From an uncultured bacterium (lineage in GTDB: Bacteria > Patescibacteriota > Gracilibacteria > UBA1369 > PNNO01), in assembly GCA_963704705.1 (NCBI GenBank), contig OY969931.1, positions 1,170,001 through 1,202,000 on the forward strand: DNA of 32,000 nucleotides. Reading direction: 5' to 3'. The translations under genes were made by a program, and so were the position numbers. Under the pieces are notes generated by a model. It was not told where the DNA came from. It saw only the letters and a program-made list of their open reading frames with translations, and made no database searches. How positions within the stretch are numbered: the stretch's first letter is position 1; each line of letters begins with the position of its first letter. Below, piece by piece: positions 31,908-32,000 of the stretch.

Positions 31908-32000
31908 ATGCATCTCGATGGCGTTGATACTATGGCCGATGATGGCAATACAAAAGCAGTTTTAGCAGTTTGTTTAGAAAAAGGAGCTGAAGTAAAAAGT
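31908..32000 (+). CDS. cassette 29 (31770->32000): partial ORF running off the window
   Basis: The ATG at 31908 opens a frame that stays open to the window edge (MHLDGVDTMADDGNTKAVLAVCLEKGAEVKS...). A 23-codon ORF precedes it in another frame. Confidence 0.25.
   Translation, partial: MHLDGVDTMADDGNTKAVLAVCLEKGAEVKS

Larger units (their letters stand above)
12392..32000. mobile_element. Chromosomal integron-like platform: recombinase, attI, >=28 complete cassettes (array continues past the window end)
   Basis: A tyrosine recombinase lies divergent to an array of 28 imperfect palindromes bounded by RYYYAAC...GTTRRRY. The first bases of each cassette are complementary to the R'' box of its own attC, which is the circular-cassette signature. 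The same cassette occurs at attI and at position 28. Confidence 0.9.

Noticed and set aside
1-32000. Alternative genetic code (UGA or UAG reassignment), considered because almost every gene ends in TAA and several cassettes look broken.
   Set aside because: All nine ntp genes, dinG, the recombinase and the enzyme cassettes translate to expected lengths with intact motifs under the standard code. TGA (ntpF) and TAG (GNAT) both occur at natural ends. The TAA bias fits low GC content.
1-32000. Search for tRNA, rRNA or tmRNA genes as integration targets near the array.
   Set aside because: I saw no cloverleaf-compatible segment and no rRNA-like conserved block by eye. The array begins at an attI-like site, not at a tRNA 3' end. 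A tRNAscan or Infernal run would be needed to be sure.

Overview
Low-GC bacterial chromosomal segment in two parts. (1) Positions 1-12.4 kb are housekeeping: a DinG/Rad3-like helicase, a convergent hypothetical gene, and a complete nine-gene V/A-type ATPase operon (3262-12002) in the same order as I recall for Enterococcus hirae ntpFIKECGABD, followed by a small hypothetical ORF. (2) From 12.4 kb to the window end is a large sedentary integron-like platform. It has a divergently oriented tyrosine recombinase (12392-13213, minus), an attI-like junction (about 13214-13314) and at least 28 complete cassettes, each ending in an imperfect-palindrome attC site; a 29th cassette runs off the window. 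The cassette reading rests on direct sequence logic. Each cassette starts with TTRRRY just after a conserved G, and that start is the reverse complement of the RYYYAAC (R'') box of the cassette's own 3' attC: 20 of 28 match 7/7, 7 match 6/7 and 1 matches 5/7. Cargo is mostly small hypothetical proteins. Recognisable cargo is HIT hydrolase (x2), Nudix hydrolase, an isochorismatase-family cysteine hydrolase (reverse orientation), GNAT acetyltransferase (one intact, one frameshifted), an SLH-domain protein, an RHH-like protein, a 775-aa fused nuclease/N6-adenine methyltransferase/TRD restriction-modification enzyme and an HTH protein. Points worth a second look: the recombinase is only 273 aa and appears to lack the IntI-specific insertion. 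The attI-proximal cassette is a near-identical copy of cassette 28, 17.7 kb away. Several cassettes occur as intact/decayed paralog pairs. A 285-bp ORF-less cassette occurs three times. The RM and HTH genes sit in IR-promoter-gene-IR modules whose orientation is independent of attC orientation. The attC family is long (98-209 bp) and has conserved bases beyond the canonical 7-bp boxes. No rRNA, tRNA or CRISPR array was seen. No database search, folding or alignment could be run, so all homology calls come from motifs read by eye.
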